From NCBI GenBank assembly GCA_963749495.1, contig CAVVMW010000021.1, positions 640,001-704,000 on the forward strand: a stretch of 64,000 bases of DNA, given 5' to 3'. Below the pieces are notes generated by a model. That model was not told the DNA's origin. It saw only the letters and a program-made list of their open reading frames with translations, and did not search any database. Made by a program: the position numbers and the translations under genes. This document shows, one piece after another, positions 1-11,673 of this stretch (position 1 is its first letter; every line of letters starts with the position of its first letter). The DNA comes from an uncultured bacterium. Its GTDB lineage: Bacteria; Verrucomicrobiota; Verrucomicrobiia; Limisphaerales; UBA8199.

Positions 1-961
1 CCGCCAGATTCAGACTCGATCGCTTTCTGAACCCGGTTTGTCCACTCGACCTTCCGCGCTTCCGGAAGGCCCTGCCACCGCAGAGACGCGAAGGGCGGAC
101 AATCCCGCAAGTTGGAGCTCACCGAACAGACAATGGTCTTCACGCCGGGCCGCTTGCCCAGCGAAATGATGTCGCTCAAGTTCCTCCCGAACGAGGCATA
201 GACGCGTTGCAGCACGGGGTCGTCGCTCCGGACCTGTTCCTTCAGGAACATCTTCATGCCCTGCCAATCCTCGGGCTGCCGCCCGCGCAGGTTGGGCGCT
301 CGAGCAGGCCCTCGAGCACCTGGCCGATGCGCATACGCCTGGCCGCCAGGAAGAGGCGTGTTATGGGCAAGGGTGGCGCTTTGAGGCCAAAGATCGACCC
401 CGCCCCGAAAGGGCCGACCACCTCGTTGTTCCCCATGTAAAGGATCCAAAGATCGGCGTCGAACCCCGCGCAATCTTCCGCGATGCAGCGGATCACGTGC
501 GAGTTGATCGCCGTCATCCCGACATTGAGGACCTCAAACCGGGTGCCGGGGCAACGCTCCTCCAACAACTCCCGCAGGATTCGCGAGAATCCGTAGGCCA
601 GCTCGGGATCACCCAAGGCCGCCGACTCTCCAAAAACGAGAATCCGGCAAGTGCCGGGGGCCTTGTGGCGGGTTACCCGGACCGGGTCGGGGGCACGGGC
701 CAGACGCCGCGGGAAGAACCGCCAGCCGAACCTAGGGTTCTCGGCATACCAACCCGGCGTCCCATCCCGGGCCGACACAAAAAAGTGAGTGGGGTATCCC
801 AGGCCGACCGCCCTGAGAATCAGTTCCGCGCCGGCGAGCACCCCCAGCGGCAACAGCAGGGTCAGCGCCCAAAAGAGCCTTCTCCTGCCCGCCGAGAGCG
901 CCGGTTTGGCGGGCGGGAGCGGTTCCCGCCCGCCTGGTTGCTGCCCTCGTTTCTCACTCAT
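1..961 (-). CDS. SGNH/GDSL-like membrane-anchored protein (family often TPR-containing); frameshift near 270, runs off the window start
   Basis: N-terminal TM helix, SGNH-like blocks 'VFGESAALG', 'VLNVGMTAINS', 'YMGNNEVVGPFG'; protein-like text continues in another frame (MKMFLKEQVRSDDPVLQRVYASFGRNLSDIISLG...CSVSSNLRDCPPFAS). Confidence 0.7.
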
Positions 962-1051
962 CGCTCGTTCGCGTAAAGGGCTCATCTGCTTTGACGGCAC
1001 GGTTACGGCCAGAGCACAACCGGCCAAGTGCGCGCATTGCCGCACCCCTTT

Positions 1052-4000
1052 TTACCGGTTCGTCACCTTCCCGTCAAAGCTCACTGTCACCGCGCGGGCC
1101 GCCGCGGGGAGGGCACTGCTCGTGGTCTTGCCTCCCGGCCAACGCACCCAAATCCCTGTCGGCGCAACCGGCGTGGCCATTACCTGCTCGGGGCTGTCTT
1201 GCAACCAATAGCCGCTGCCGGCGTGCAGCTCCCGCGCCGGGCCCCATTGCTCCCCAAAACGCAACCGCACCACCGCTCCCACTCCCGCAGGATTGCCCCC
1301 CGGCCCCCCCAACCTCACCCGCAGGCCAGGCCTGGCCCGCAGGTTATGGTAGAGCTTGGTCTCCGCCCCATTTTGGCCCACCACCAGATCCACACGCCCA
1401 TCCCCGTCGTAGTCGCACAGCGCGCTCCCTCGCCCCTCGCCGTAAACCTTCACCCCGCTCACCTGCCCCGGAACAGCCTCAAACCCGCCCTGTCCATCTC
1501 CCTTAAGCCACACCCCTCGCCCGGCGTCATACGGCAACGTTTCCTCATCCACTCCAAAGAAATTCTGGGTCAGGAAGATGTCCTCCTTTCCGTCCCCATC
1601 CATATCGCCTACGCTCACTCCAAAAGCCGGCGCAAACTGCGCCTCCCCGGGCAGCACCACGGCCTCAAAATATCCGCCGCGGTTCAAAAACACGGTTGTC
1701 TTAAGCCAGCCCGCCTCAAGAACCTTCGTCTGTTTCAATCGTTCGCCGAGTATCTCCTCGACGCCCGCCTCGCTATACGCCGCATGGGTTGCATAGCGTC
1801 CCCGCACCCAGGGCATCCCCCGGGCCACCCCGTTCAAGGCACGCGACGGCACCACCTTTCTCATTCCAGGCTCGTAATAGCCTTCGAGCAACTCGATGAT
1901 GCCCTCCTCATCCCACTCCCCATAGTACACGCGCAAGGGCTGGCCCTGGCGCCGCTCTCGCTCGTACTTGCTGTTCCGGCCCCAGTTGCTTGCCACTATG
2001 TCCATCCGTCCATCACCGTCAAAATCTCCCACCGCCACGCCGTTCCACCAGCCGGTCAGTTGATTCATGGTCGAGGGCGGAGGGCTGAGCGTCGGCGGCA
2101 GCCGAAACCTCAACGCATAGTTGGTAGCGATTAGCCGGCCATGGTCGTTGTGAAAAACCATCAGGGGACCCCACTCGCGCGCCAAAATCAGCTCGGGAAA
2201 GCCGTCCCCGTCCAGGTCGCTCCAAACGGCTCCACTCACCATCCCCACACGTTCCAGCACCCGGCTGTTTTCCGCGTCCAAGACGTACTTGCCTCCCTGC
2301 TTCCGATAAATCTGCGAACTGGCCGGCTCCGGCCATCGCCCCGGAACCACGCGCCCGCCCACGAACAGCTCCAGCTCGCCGTCCCCGTCCAGGTCTCCCA
2401 GCGCCATGGGGCCCCACGCTCGAGAAGCCTGTGGTTAGAGTCTCTCCGGCTTGTATCCCCCCGGCCCACATCTCATACCTCCTCACGCCGTTGGTCTGGC
2501 CGCTCTTGTAGTTGGCCTGGCCTATCAGTATGCCTCCAGTTCCGTCCCCCAGGACTGTCGTCTCATCATCCGCCGCCAACCCCAACAACCCGCCCAAGGA
2601 CACTCGCCCAAACCGCCCGTTCCCTTGATTCAAAAAAACCTCCAACTGCCCACCTTGTCCACTGCCCACCAGCAAGTCCTCGCGTCCATCCCCATCAACA
2701 TCGCTCCAGCAGACGCCGGGTCCAAGCTGGCTCAACTTCCGGGGCAGCATCGGCTGCCGCGCAAAATCGTCATAGACATCCTCATGGTGCGTGTGCTTGA
2801 GCAAGCTGCTCACGTCCTCGAAGATTGGCTTGTCCTGCGCCGGCGGCGCCTCCCAGTGCCCAGTCGCTCCCGCTTCGTCGATCTCGTATTGGCGGTTTGC
2901 CCGCGCTCCCTCGATCACGCTGCGCTTGCCGCTTCGCCATCTCACCTCGATTCGCATCCGGTTGGTCTCGGTCCCCGCCGCAAACACCCGCAGGGCGTCA
3001 TCGCACGACAAATACCTGCCGCCGCAAATCATCTCCTGGCTCTGCATCGGCACCGCGCCCCCATACACCAGGATCTTCGAGCCTATCCCCCGCGTGTTTC
3101 CACCGGACCCCTTCAATCTCACGGCCACGCGCGGTCTCACGCACTCGTTCCGATACACGCCGGCCTCGCCGTGCAGATTGTTGACGATTACATCGAGGTC
3201 GCCGTCGTTGTCGAGGTCGGCGCAGCAGATCCCCTGGTTGACTCCCGGCCAAATGAAACCCCATTCCCGCCCCATCTCGACGAATTGCAGGTTTCCCAGG
3301 TTGCGAAACGCAAGGATCGGCGATGGCACCGGCGGATACAGAAGGCCCAGGCGCCGGATCTCCTCGCTGGAAAGCCGCTGACCGGCCTCGCGCCGTTTGA
3401 TTTCCATGGCCACATCGCCGTTCATCGAGTCACGGTCGTAGCCGGAGGCAAAAAGCACGTCCTCATAACCGTCGAGGTCCACGTCCAGGAAAACCGGCGC
3501 CCAGGTCCACTCGGTGGCCTCGAGGCCGCTCAACTGGGCGATGTCCGCGTAAGTGCCGTCGCCGCGATTCAACTGCAGGACATTGCGTTTGACCTGTGTC
3601 CGCTCGAACCTCTCGCCGGCGCGGATGACCACCGGGGTCATGTGATCGGCCTGGACCATACGGTGACGGTGATCGCGGCTGAGCATGTCCGGAACCAGGA
3701 TGTCGTCGTAGCCGTCGCGGTTGATGTCCGCAATGTCAACCCCCATGGAAAACGCGCCGGTGTCCCGTATCGCCGTCGTTGGCATGGCCCGGAACTGCCC
3801 GTGGCCATTGTTGATCCAGATGCGATCGGGAGTGAACAGGTCGTTGCAGACATAGATATCGGGCGCGCCGTCCCCGTTCAGGTCGTGAAACATCACGGAC
3901 AGGCCCAGGTCCCGGGGCGGACCGCTCAGCGGCTGGCCTGCTTCGTCCAGGAAGGTCCCGTTGGTCCACGGAACCGGGGAAAAGTGGCCCGTGCCATCGT

Positions 4001-4820
4001 TCAGATACAAAATGTCAGGCTCGCCAAATTCCCGAATCGCGTTGCCGAACGGGCTCACCCCATAGCGCCCCTCCAACTCGGTGCCGGCGACCGGCTTTCC
4101 ATTGACCGCAACGATGACGGGTCTGCCGTTGACCGGCTGGAGGGTAAAACGGGTGTTGGGTTCATCCGCAAGCACGGTGGGGGAGTTGTAATTGGCGACA
4201 TAAAGATCGAGCGTGCCATTCCCATCCACGTCGCCCAGCGCCATGGTCATGGCGCCATACTTGCGGACCAGTCCCCGGTCAGTGGCCTCTTTGAAATGTC
4301 CCTTGCCATCGTTGAGAAAGAGCCGGGTGCCGCCGCCAATCGAGTTGACCAGCAGATCCAGGTCGCCGTCTCCGTCCACGTCCGCAAGAACAGCCGCCGT
4401 CGTGTACAGCCCGATGCCTTTGAGCCCGGCCGCTTCGGTGACATCCTCAAACCGCCATCCGCCCAGGTTCCGGTAGAGGCGGGGCTCGCTTTCCATGCCG
4501 CAGAAGAACAGATCACACCAGCCGTCTCCGTCCACGTCCCCCGCCGCCACACCGGAACCGTTGGTGTGGAGTTGCGTGCGGAGGCCCCCTTCGACCGAGA
4601 GGACGTTGGTGAAGAGGATTCCCGAAACCGCTCCCGGCACTCGCGTAAAGCCATTGTGGCCCTGCTTGGGCACGGGCAGCGCCCTGCTTCGGTAGCCGGG
4701 GCCGCTTTCCCAGCCCGGCTCACCGGCAACGACAACCTGCGCCGCGCAGCAGATGGAGGCGGCCAGGACCGCCGCATGGCATCCCTTCAGGATGCTCCGG
4801 TGGCCGACGACTGGTTTCAT
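1052..4820 (-). CDS. CRTAC1/ASPIC-UnbV family FG-GAP (VCBS) repeat protein; one frameshift near 2410 joins ORFs 2019-4892 and 1052-2407
   Basis: Signal peptide, many DxDGDG Ca-binding FG-GAP motifs, two ASPIC/UnbV-type segments (VRLKGSGGNTRGIGSKI...GGRYLS; GGNPAGVGAVVRL...GSGYW). Confidence 0.85.
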
Positions 4821-4935
4821 CCCTCTACCCCTCGACCCGCGGCAGAGGATGCGGGCAAAGACAAGCTCTTCAACATTGGGCCATTCTCGCATTTCATGAC
4901 CCTCCGGGACAAGACCAGTATCTTGTGGTGTTGTG

Positions 4936-4972
4936 AAAAAAAAGAGGGGCCGGATGAATGATCCGACCCCTG
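4936..4972 (-). terminator. Intrinsic terminator downstream of the PA14/Ig gene
   Basis: Minus strand AGGGGTCGGAT-cattc-ATCCGGCCCCT followed by C and T8. Confidence 0.7.
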
Positions 4973-5002
4973 TGTCAGGGGTGACGATGTACTGAGCGAG
5001 GA

Positions 5003-8000
5003 TTATGGTCCCGCTCTAAAGAATTGCGCCGATTTGCCGGCGGTCTTGGGGTTGATGTTGTATGGGCTGGTCGCGCCCGTCACGATCGTGTATGGCCCGG
5101 CGACGTTCTGCGCGGAATAGAGGTTTCCGGTGTAGGTCAGGGTCAATGTGCCATCGGCGTTGCGCGCCAGCGCCAGCGCAGGCGTAGTGGTGCTTGGCGC
5201 GACGTAATCACCCCAATCCCGGTAGATGACATAACACATGTACGGCTGGCCGACCGGGCTGAACCAGTAAGAACCGTCGCCGTAGGTTCCGTCGTTAGTT
5301 TGAGGCGGGTTTCCCACGCCGGTGTGGGAGGTGCTGCCCAGGCCGACATAGCAGACGCTAGGCCATGGGCCGGCTGGCTGGCCGTCCACGCCCAGAAATC
5401 CAGCGTGGTTGGTGTCATTCAGATCCACCGCCATTCTCTGGCTCCAGATGATGCCATCGCTGGAGGTATAGGCTATCAGTTGGTCGTTTGTGGGGTTCGG
5501 ATTAACCCGTTGGATTCGGATCCAGGCGTTCGGATATGCGGGCGCGCCCGGGTTGCCGGGGCCGGTGCCAAAATTCCAAGTACCGACGCTCCCGCCGGGC
5601 GCGTTGTTCGAGGTTTCACGCAGGGTAGGATCGCCCTTGGCCACGCGGCCGTTGAACTCGTAGGCATCGGCGCCTACGCCGGTGCCGTGGAGCGTCTGAA
5701 CCCCCTCCCCGCCGTAGTCGGTCTTCGCGAAATAATGGCGTGCCAATTCCCAGCCGCCGCCATTGGGAGTCGGCGGGCCTTCGCGCACCTCGATCGCTGC
5801 GGCAGACCAGTTGTCGATCGCGGAGATGCTGACGACGCGGACCTTGACGTCGAAGCTGTTGGTCTTGGGTTCCCAGATGAAGTTGAAGCCGTCGGCGTTA
5901 TAGTAGTAGTCGTTGCCATTGCACAACACGTCGAATGCGCCCGTGCCCCAGGTCGTTACGGTGCTGGGCGCGAGCGGGTCCGGTCCACCCGGCTGGCCGG
6001 CAGCCGAGCCGATATCGGTGATGCCCAGCTTCAGGATGTTGCCGGTCAAATTGGTGATAGCCATCACGTTCCCGTGCAGGTCCTTCACACCGCTTATGGT
6101 CAACTGGAAGTCAGCGGCCACCGGGGTGGACACACTTAACTGGACGAGATTCTTCTCGCTGGTCTTTTCATTCGAGACATTCGTCCGCACGTAAACCGAG
6201 GTCACGGCGGCGCCGTTGACCTTGTAATTGGCCGCGGTGCCGGCAGTCGTCGGGTCAACGGCCTTGTTGAACATGACGCCAATCGAGGTGGCGTTGGAGA
6301 AGGCTGTCGCTCCCTGCACCACAGGCGGCCAGATGTCGGGTACGACCGTCACTGTCGCCACCGAACTGGGCACAGAAATAGGGACCACGCTGGCAATGAC
6401 CCTGTACTGCGTGCCGCTGTCATTGGTCGAGACGATGGGGAGGTTAAGGGAATTGAGCGTGGCGCCCGGGATATCGGTGAAGTTGGTGCTGCCCTTGGGG
6501 GCGGTTTGCCACTGGTAGCTTACGGTGGTGCCGTAAAGGCTGGTGCCGGTTGCATTCGCCAGGAGCGTCACGGGCCACCCATCAACGCCGGTCGTGTCCG
6601 CCGGTTGCTGAACGAAGTTTATCGATGCCCCTGTCGGATCGAGATAGAAACCGACCAGGCTGCCCGTGAGCTTGCTCACGTCGCCATCGGCCGGAACAGC
6701 AACCGCGCCCCCCGAATAGGTCGCGCCGAACCAATCTCCACCGGACCAACTGTGGTCATGGTGAAAAAGGATGAGATAATACTTGTTCCCCGCGGTCAGG
6801 GTGATGGTGTTGCCGTTCGGCCATGCAGTGTTGGCATACGTGGCGGAATTCCAATTCGCCACGGTGCCGCTAATGTCGGTGTTCCAGTAGCGGGCGGTGC
6901 TCCAGCCACCCGGCTCCGCGGCGATCTCCTTCATGTTCGCCGGACTCTCGTCCGTGCTCAGGTACATATAAAACTCGTCGTCTCCGCTCATGTAAAACAC
7001 GTAGTCGCCCGTTGTTGGCGGGACGAAATAGCCTTCCAGCGAATCATAGTACATGCTCTTATTCGGATCGGCAGCGATCGTGCCGGCATTGTTGGGCGGC
7101 CACTCCCAGGTTGAGACGAGATCCCGCGCATCAGGGTTGTTGGGATAGCGCGGGTCGGCAAACAGGTTGGCGAGGCTGAAACCGTCCGGCGAACAGTTGT
7201 AATACACTTTGTGCAGAATCGTGTTGGCCGCCCACGCATAGCTCCTGAACTGGACCTTTGTATTGGGGGCCATCACGTTGCCGGGCACGTCCTTGACGTT
7301 GCTCACGGTCAGCGTGAAGAGGGTGTTCTGGGGCTGTGTGCTGGTGGTCAGGACGACAACATTGTCGCCTGGGGTCCCGGGCGTCGCCCCCAATGCCGCT
7401 GCCGTGACCGTCACTCCATTATCGATCGTGTAGTTCGCCGTGTTTGCCGCGCTCGCCGGATCGAGTGGTTCGGAGAACGTGAGCACGACGGCATTGAACG
7501 CCGGGGAGGAGGAGGCGCTCACCACGGTCGGCGGGGTCGTGTCGTTGGCCACGGTTAATGTGGCCGTGCTGCTGGTCACGGTCCCTTGGGCGCCGGTGAC
7601 GACCACGTCGAACTTGCCCCCGTTGTCAGCGCGATACGCACGCGAGATAGCGTAACTGGTATTGGTCGCATTGGCCACGGCCGTGCCATTCTTCTCCCAC
7701 TGGTAGGTGTAGGGCGGCGTGCCGTTCGCCACGACGCTGAAGGTGGCCGGCTGCCCCTCGGTGACGCTCACGCTTTGAGGCTGGGTCGTGATGCTCACCG
7801 GTCCAAGGGTCAGGTCGATGGTGGACAAATAGCTTCCCGGGATGGGCACCATCATGTTGATCGAGACCGAGAGGTTGTCGCCGCCGCCACCCTGTTTTTG
7901 CAGAGCTTCGATGTAGTAAGCCTTGCCCGCGGTCAGGGTAATCCTGGCACCGCCGTTAATCAGGTCCTTGACCGGCCATTGGGTGCCCGTGAAGGTATTG

Positions 8001-8485
8001 GAGACCTTGGCGGTAACGTCACTATTACCAGCGGAGACGCCATATTGGCGCACGTTGCTGTAAACGGTTTCCTGGGCGATGAGCTTCTTGTTCGCCGGAG
8101 TGTCATCGGTGCTCAGGTAGAGGTCCGAGAGATCGTCGGAGCAGATATAAAAGTCATAATCCCCCGTGGTATTGGGGTAAAAATAGCCCAGCATCTGGGC
8201 GCCGTAATCAACATAGCCGCTCGTGCCCGACGGGGGAGTGGCGGGATCACCGGTTGCCCACAATTCGAAGTACGTCGGGTAGGCGACGATGTCGGGGTTG
8301 TTGGGAAACTTGGGGCTCGACGTGAGGGAGGAGATCGAGGTGGCTTGCCCCGTGTTGAGGTTGAGGAAGACCTTCTCCGTGATGAACCCTTGAGGGGTTG
8401 CGGGTGCCGCCGCCTGGGCCAGGAGGGCTCCAAGGCCAAGCGCCAATACCCCCGCTGCTGTGGTTGTTATGAACTTATTGCTCAT
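5003..8485 (-). CDS. Large secreted PA14 + Ig-like domain protein with C-terminal 'FFR' domain
   Basis: Signal peptide (ALLAQA-A), two PA14 domains (FYICSDDLSDLYLSTD; FYMSGDDEFYMYLSTD), Ig I-set (ITTQPQS...YQW), Big_5-like DTTPPTVVSA domains. Confidence 0.85.
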   Translation of the reverse strand: MSNKFITTTAAGVLALGLGALLAQAAAPATPQGFITEKVFLNLNTGQATSISSLTSSPKFPNNPDIVAYPTYFELWATGDPATPPSGTSGYVDYGAQMLGYFYPNTTGDYDFYICSDDLSDLYLSTDDTPANKKLIAQETVYSNVRQYGVSAGNSDVTAKVSNTFTGTQWPVKDLINGGARITLTAGKAYYIEALQKQGGGGDNLSVSINMMVPIPGSYLSTIDLTLGPVSITTQPQSVSVTEGQPATFSVVANGTPPYTYQWEKNGTAVANATNTSYAISRAYRADNGGKFDVVVTGAQGTVTSSTATLTVANDTTPPTVVSASSSPAFNAVVLTFSEPLDPASAANTANYTIDNGVTVTAAALGATPGTPGDNVVVLTTSTQPQNTLFTLTVSNVKDVPGNVMAPNTKVQFRSYAWAANTILHKVYYNCSPDGFSLANLFADPRYPNNPDARDLVSTWEWPPNNAGTIAADPNKSMYYDSLEGYFVPPTTGDYVFYMSGDDEFYMYLSTDESPANMKEIAAEPGGWSTARYWNTDISGTVANWNSATYANTAWPNGNTITLTAGNKYYLILFHHDHSWSGGDWFGATYSGGAVAVPADGDVSKLTGSLVGFYLDPTGASINFVQQPADTTGVDGWPVTLLANATGTSLYGTTVSYQWQTAPKGSTNFTDIPGATLNSLNLPIVSTNDSGTQYRVIASVVPISVPSSVATVTVVPDIWPPVVQGATAFSNATSIGVMFNKAVDPTTAGTAANYKVNGAAVTSVYVRTNVSNEKTSEKNLVQLSVSTPVAADFQLTISGVKDLHGNVMAITNLTGNILKLGITDIGSAAGQPGGPDPLAPSTVTTWGTGAFDVLCNGNDYYYNADGFNFIWEPKTNSFDVKVRVVSISAIDNWSAAAIEVREGPPTPNGGGWELARHYFAKTDYGGEGVQTLHGTGVGADAYEFNGRVAKGDPTLRETSNNAPGGSVGTWNFGTGPGNPGAPAYPNAWIRIQRVNPNPTNDQLIAYTSSDGIIWSQRMAVDLNDTNHAGFLGVDGQPAGPWPSVCYVGLGSTSHTGVGNPPQTNDGTYGDGSYWFSPVGQPYMCYVIYRDWGDYVAPSTTTPALALARNADGTLTLTYTGNLYSAQNVAGPYTIVTGATSPYNINPKTAGKSAQFFRAGP

Positions 8486-8618
8486 TGGGTTGGTGGGTTT
8501 GTTGTTGGTTCATTCGCTGCCTCCCTGTGTGCCCTTGGGCGCGCAATCCGGCCACGCCAGCGCCGAGGATCGGGGATGAACGGCAAATTGGCATGAACGG
8601 ACTCATAAGAGTTGACGT

Positions 8619-8648
8619 AGCCTAGAGACCCGTCCCTGAAAGAGTCAA
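8619..8648 (-). promoter_or_regulatory. Candidate sigma70 promoter for the PA14/Ig gene
   Basis: TTGACT-N18-TAGGCT about 135 nt upstream of the ATG, preceded by an A-rich tract. Confidence 0.35.
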
Positions 8649-8825
8649 GACTTTTCACGACCTTTTTTTGCTCCTTTTGTTGTTGGTTCCGGGGCAACAA
8701 AGAGCCATGGACACTCCTCGAGGGCACGTGTCCGGGTTCGAGGAAACCGGGCATTGTCGAGGTGGCAACAGGCCGGTGAAGGCGGAGACGGAGTGCCGGG
8801 CGGCCCCTGCCCATGGACCGACCCC

Positions 8826-8870
8826 AAGCCCGCAGGTTTTGGACTGCGGCAGTCCAAAACGCTTCGCGGC
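8826..8870. repeat. REP-like palindrome family A, internally shortened copy
   Basis: gcaggttttggactgcggcagtccaaaacgcttcgcg; same ends as the copies at 13226 and 15455. Confidence 0.7.
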
Positions 8871-9049
8871 CTCGGGGTCCCTGACCGGTTCATGGTCCGA
8901 ATGCATTGGCAGAAGCCAAAGGAGGATGCCCATGAAGCTCAGAATGCGTTCGTTGATTATCAACCAGTTGCGAAGATCCAGGTCCAGGGGCGCGCTGCGG
9001 GGCGCAAACATGTTCTTGCCAAGAGACGCGCTGCGATCAATGTTGGTGT

Positions 9050-9658
9050 ATGCCCTATGAAGGACCTGAAGAGCGGATGGATGGGCTGGAAGCGGCGCTG
9101 ACGAGTTTTATGCGGAATACCCACGACGGTATGGCTGAGTTTCGCGCCTTTGTCCAGCAGGACATTGCCGAGATGCGGCAATGGCGCGTCCAGGCGCAGA
9201 GGCAATGGGGTGAAATCGCGCAAAAAATGGGGTCCTTCGTCGAGGACATTGTCGCCCCGAACATTCCTCGATTGGGCCGGGAGGCCTTCGGCCTGGGCGC
9301 CCCGGAGGAGGAGCTTTTCTCCGCGCCGCGCGTGCGGCTTCGGCACCCGCAGGACCCATCCCGGATGCGCGAGTTCGATTACGTTTATGCCGCGAAAACG
9401 GGCTGGATCCTTGTGGAATCCAAAAGCGATTTGAAGCTCAAGGACGTGGATGAATTCCGGGCAATTCTTGCCGAGGCGGGCGAGTATTTTCCCCAGTATT
9501 CGTCTTTGCCGTTGTACCCCGTTCTCGCGAGCCTTTTCGTGCCGGACCATGTCGTCGATTACTCTACCCGCCACCGCATCTATGCTTTGGGCATGGGACC
9601 CGAAACCATGCAGCTTCTCAACCTTGCCGAAGGCCGGGCGCAGGTTGGGCCGTCGTAG
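9050..9658 (+). CDS. Hypothetical protein, N-terminal coiled coil plus PD-(D/E)XK nuclease-like fold
   Basis: 'WGEIAQKMGSFVEDIVAP', 'REFDYVY...ILVESKS' resemble the E...D...ExK motif of restriction-endonuclease-like proteins. Confidence 0.55.
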   Translation: MPYEGPEERMDGLEAALTSFMRNTHDGMAEFRAFVQQDIAEMRQWRVQAQRQWGEIAQKMGSFVEDIVAPNIPRLGREAFGLGAPEEELFSAPRVRLRHPQDPSRMREFDYVYAAKTGWILVESKSDLKLKDVDEFRAILAEAGEYFPQYSSLPLYPVLASLFVPDHVVDYSTRHRIYALGMGPETMQLLNLAEGRAQVGPS

Positions 9659-9945
9659 AGCCGCCCGCTCTCCGGCCCAAAGGGCCGGCAGAACCCAGCG
9701 CAGGGCTGAGGCCGCCAGGCCGATGCCCTGGGGAGAGGCCCGCGCAAGATCCGGCGCGCCCTGAAAGAATCCCCCAAACGGAAGGTGGCTCATTCCCTTT
9801 ATCTACAACTCACAATTCCTCCACTCATCCCCAAAACCAAGCCGTCCGTCCCAGAAAGATTCCCCGCTGGCCCGGCGTCATGCTAGCCCCGTGACATGAT
9901 CCCTTGCCGAAGACTGTTGGCGCGCGCGGGCAGACGGCATTTTCC

Positions 9946-11673
9946 ATGAGCAACGCACGGAGTTACTCGCGCAAAGTGGCCGCCGTTGCCGCATTGGGGC
10001 TGGTCCTGGCGCTGGCCGGCATAGCGATCAAACAGCTTGCCGGGGTGAGGGCCGGGAGCGGGGCACGCCCGCCAGCGCCGGCCCTGGCCGTCACGCCCCC
10101 GGTCCCCGCCGGGCCGGAGGATTTGTTCGAGGACGTCACTGAGCGGGCGGGCATCCATTTTGTCCACCAGTTCTGCGACACCAAGATTGCGAACATCATC
10201 GAATCGAACGGTGCGGGCGGGTGCTGGCTGGATTACGACGGGGACGGATGGATGGATTTGTTTCTGGTGAACTCCGGGCCGCTGGATGGGGTGACGCACC
10301 ATGCGCCCGGCACGGCGCGCCAACCCAACCGCCTCTACCGCAACCGCGGCGACGGCACTTTCGAGGATGTCACCGAAAAGGCCGGCCTGGGAGGCGCCGG
10401 CTATTGCACGGCCGCCGTCGCCGCCGATTACGACAACGACGGCCATACCGACCTGTTCGTCGTGGGCGTGGGGCGCAGCTATCTCTACCACAACCGCGGC
10501 GACGGCACCTTCGAGGATGTCACCCAGAAGGCCGGCGTCGCCAACCTGGGCGGCACGGGCATCGGCGCGGTCTTTCTGGACGCGGACAATGACGGCTTGC
10601 TGGACCTCTTCGTCGCGAATTACCTCACCTTCGATCCCAATTATCAGCTCTATTATAATCCGGACGCCTATCCCGGCCCGCTTTCGTACAAGCCGCAGTT
10701 CAACAAGCTTTATCACAATCGCGGCGATGGCACGTTCGAGGACGTGAGCGAATCCTCCGGCATAAGGGTCCCCGGACACCGCGCGATGTCGGTGGCGGTG
10801 TTCGATTACAACGGCGACGGGGCGCAGGACCTTTACCTCTCGAACGACGGGACGCCCAATGTGCTGCTGGTCAACGACGGCAAGGGCCATTTCAAGGACG
10901 TGGCCCTGCAGGCGGGCGTGGCGTTCAACGCGATGGGCGAGGCGGCCGGTTCGATGGCCGCCACGATCGGCGATTGCAATGGCGACGGCCTGGAGGACAT
11001 CCTGGTGACGCGCCTGGGCTATGGCTCGCTCTACATGGGGACGGCCAAGGGCGTCTATGACGACCGCATGATGGCCTCGGGCCTTGGGTCACTGACGGCG
11101 CAATTCGTGGGCTGGGGCGGCTGCTTCCTGGATTTCGACAACAGCGGCAAGCTCGGCATCTTCATCGCCAATGGAGACGCGCATTACCTGGTAGGCTGGG
11201 AGAGCCTGCTGCTGGAAAATCGCGGTGACGGCACGTTCACGGACGCGGCGGCCAAAGGCGGCGCCTATTTCAAGACCAAGGTCCGCGCCCGAGGCAGTGC
11301 GGTGGCCGATTATGACAACGACGGCCGCATGGACATCGTCGTGACGACGATGGGCGACCGGCCATTCCTGCTGCACAACCGCGACCGGTCGGGCAACCAC
11401 TGGCTCACGCTCGACCTGGAAGGCACCCGCAGCAACCGCGACGGCTTCGGCGCCAAGGTCAAGGTCACCGCCGGCGGCAGGACCCTGTGCGCCGAGTCGC
11501 GCTGCGCCTTCGGGTTCCTCATGCAGAGCGACCGCCGCCTGCACTTCGGCCTGGGCAAGGCCGCAACGGTGGACCGCATCGAAATCCTCTGGCCCAGCAA
11601 ACAGGTCCAGCAACTGGCCGGCGTCAAAGTGGATCAAATCCTCAAGGTGCGTGAACCCGGGGAGAGGAAGTGA
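9946..11673 (+). CDS. CRTAC1/ASPIC-UnbV family protein
   Basis: N-terminal TM/signal, repeated 'YxNRGDGTFEDVT' and DYDNDG motifs, C-terminal 'GNHWLTLDLEGTRSNRDGFGAKV...LHFGLG' ASPIC domain. Confidence 0.9.
   Translation: MSNARSYSRKVAAVAALGLVLALAGIAIKQLAGVRAGSGARPPAPALAVTPPVPAGPEDLFEDVTERAGIHFVHQFCDTKIANIIESNGAGGCWLDYDGDGWMDLFLVNSGPLDGVTHHAPGTARQPNRLYRNRGDGTFEDVTEKAGLGGAGYCTAAVAADYDNDGHTDLFVVGVGRSYLYHNRGDGTFEDVTQKAGVANLGGTGIGAVFLDADNDGLLDLFVANYLTFDPNYQLYYNPDAYPGPLSYKPQFNKLYHNRGDGTFEDVSESSGIRVPGHRAMSVAVFDYNGDGAQDLYLSNDGTPNVLLVNDGKGHFKDVALQAGVAFNAMGEAAGSMAATIGDCNGDGLEDILVTRLGYGSLYMGTAKGVYDDRMMASGLGSLTAQFVGWGGCFLDFDNSGKLGIFIANGDAHYLVGWESLLLENRGDGTFTDAAAKGGAYFKTKVRARGSAVADYDNDGRMDIVVTTMGDRPFLLHNRDRSGNHWLTLDLEGTRSNRDGFGAKVKVTAGGRTLCAESRCAFGFLMQSDRRLHFGLGKAATVDRIEILWPSKQVQQLAGVKVDQILKVREPGERK

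Noticed and set aside
2451..4961. Long antisense ORFs (also 16544-18289, 40692-42155, 43616-45619, 46103-47710)
   Set aside because: Shadow frames of well-supported genes in high-GC DNA
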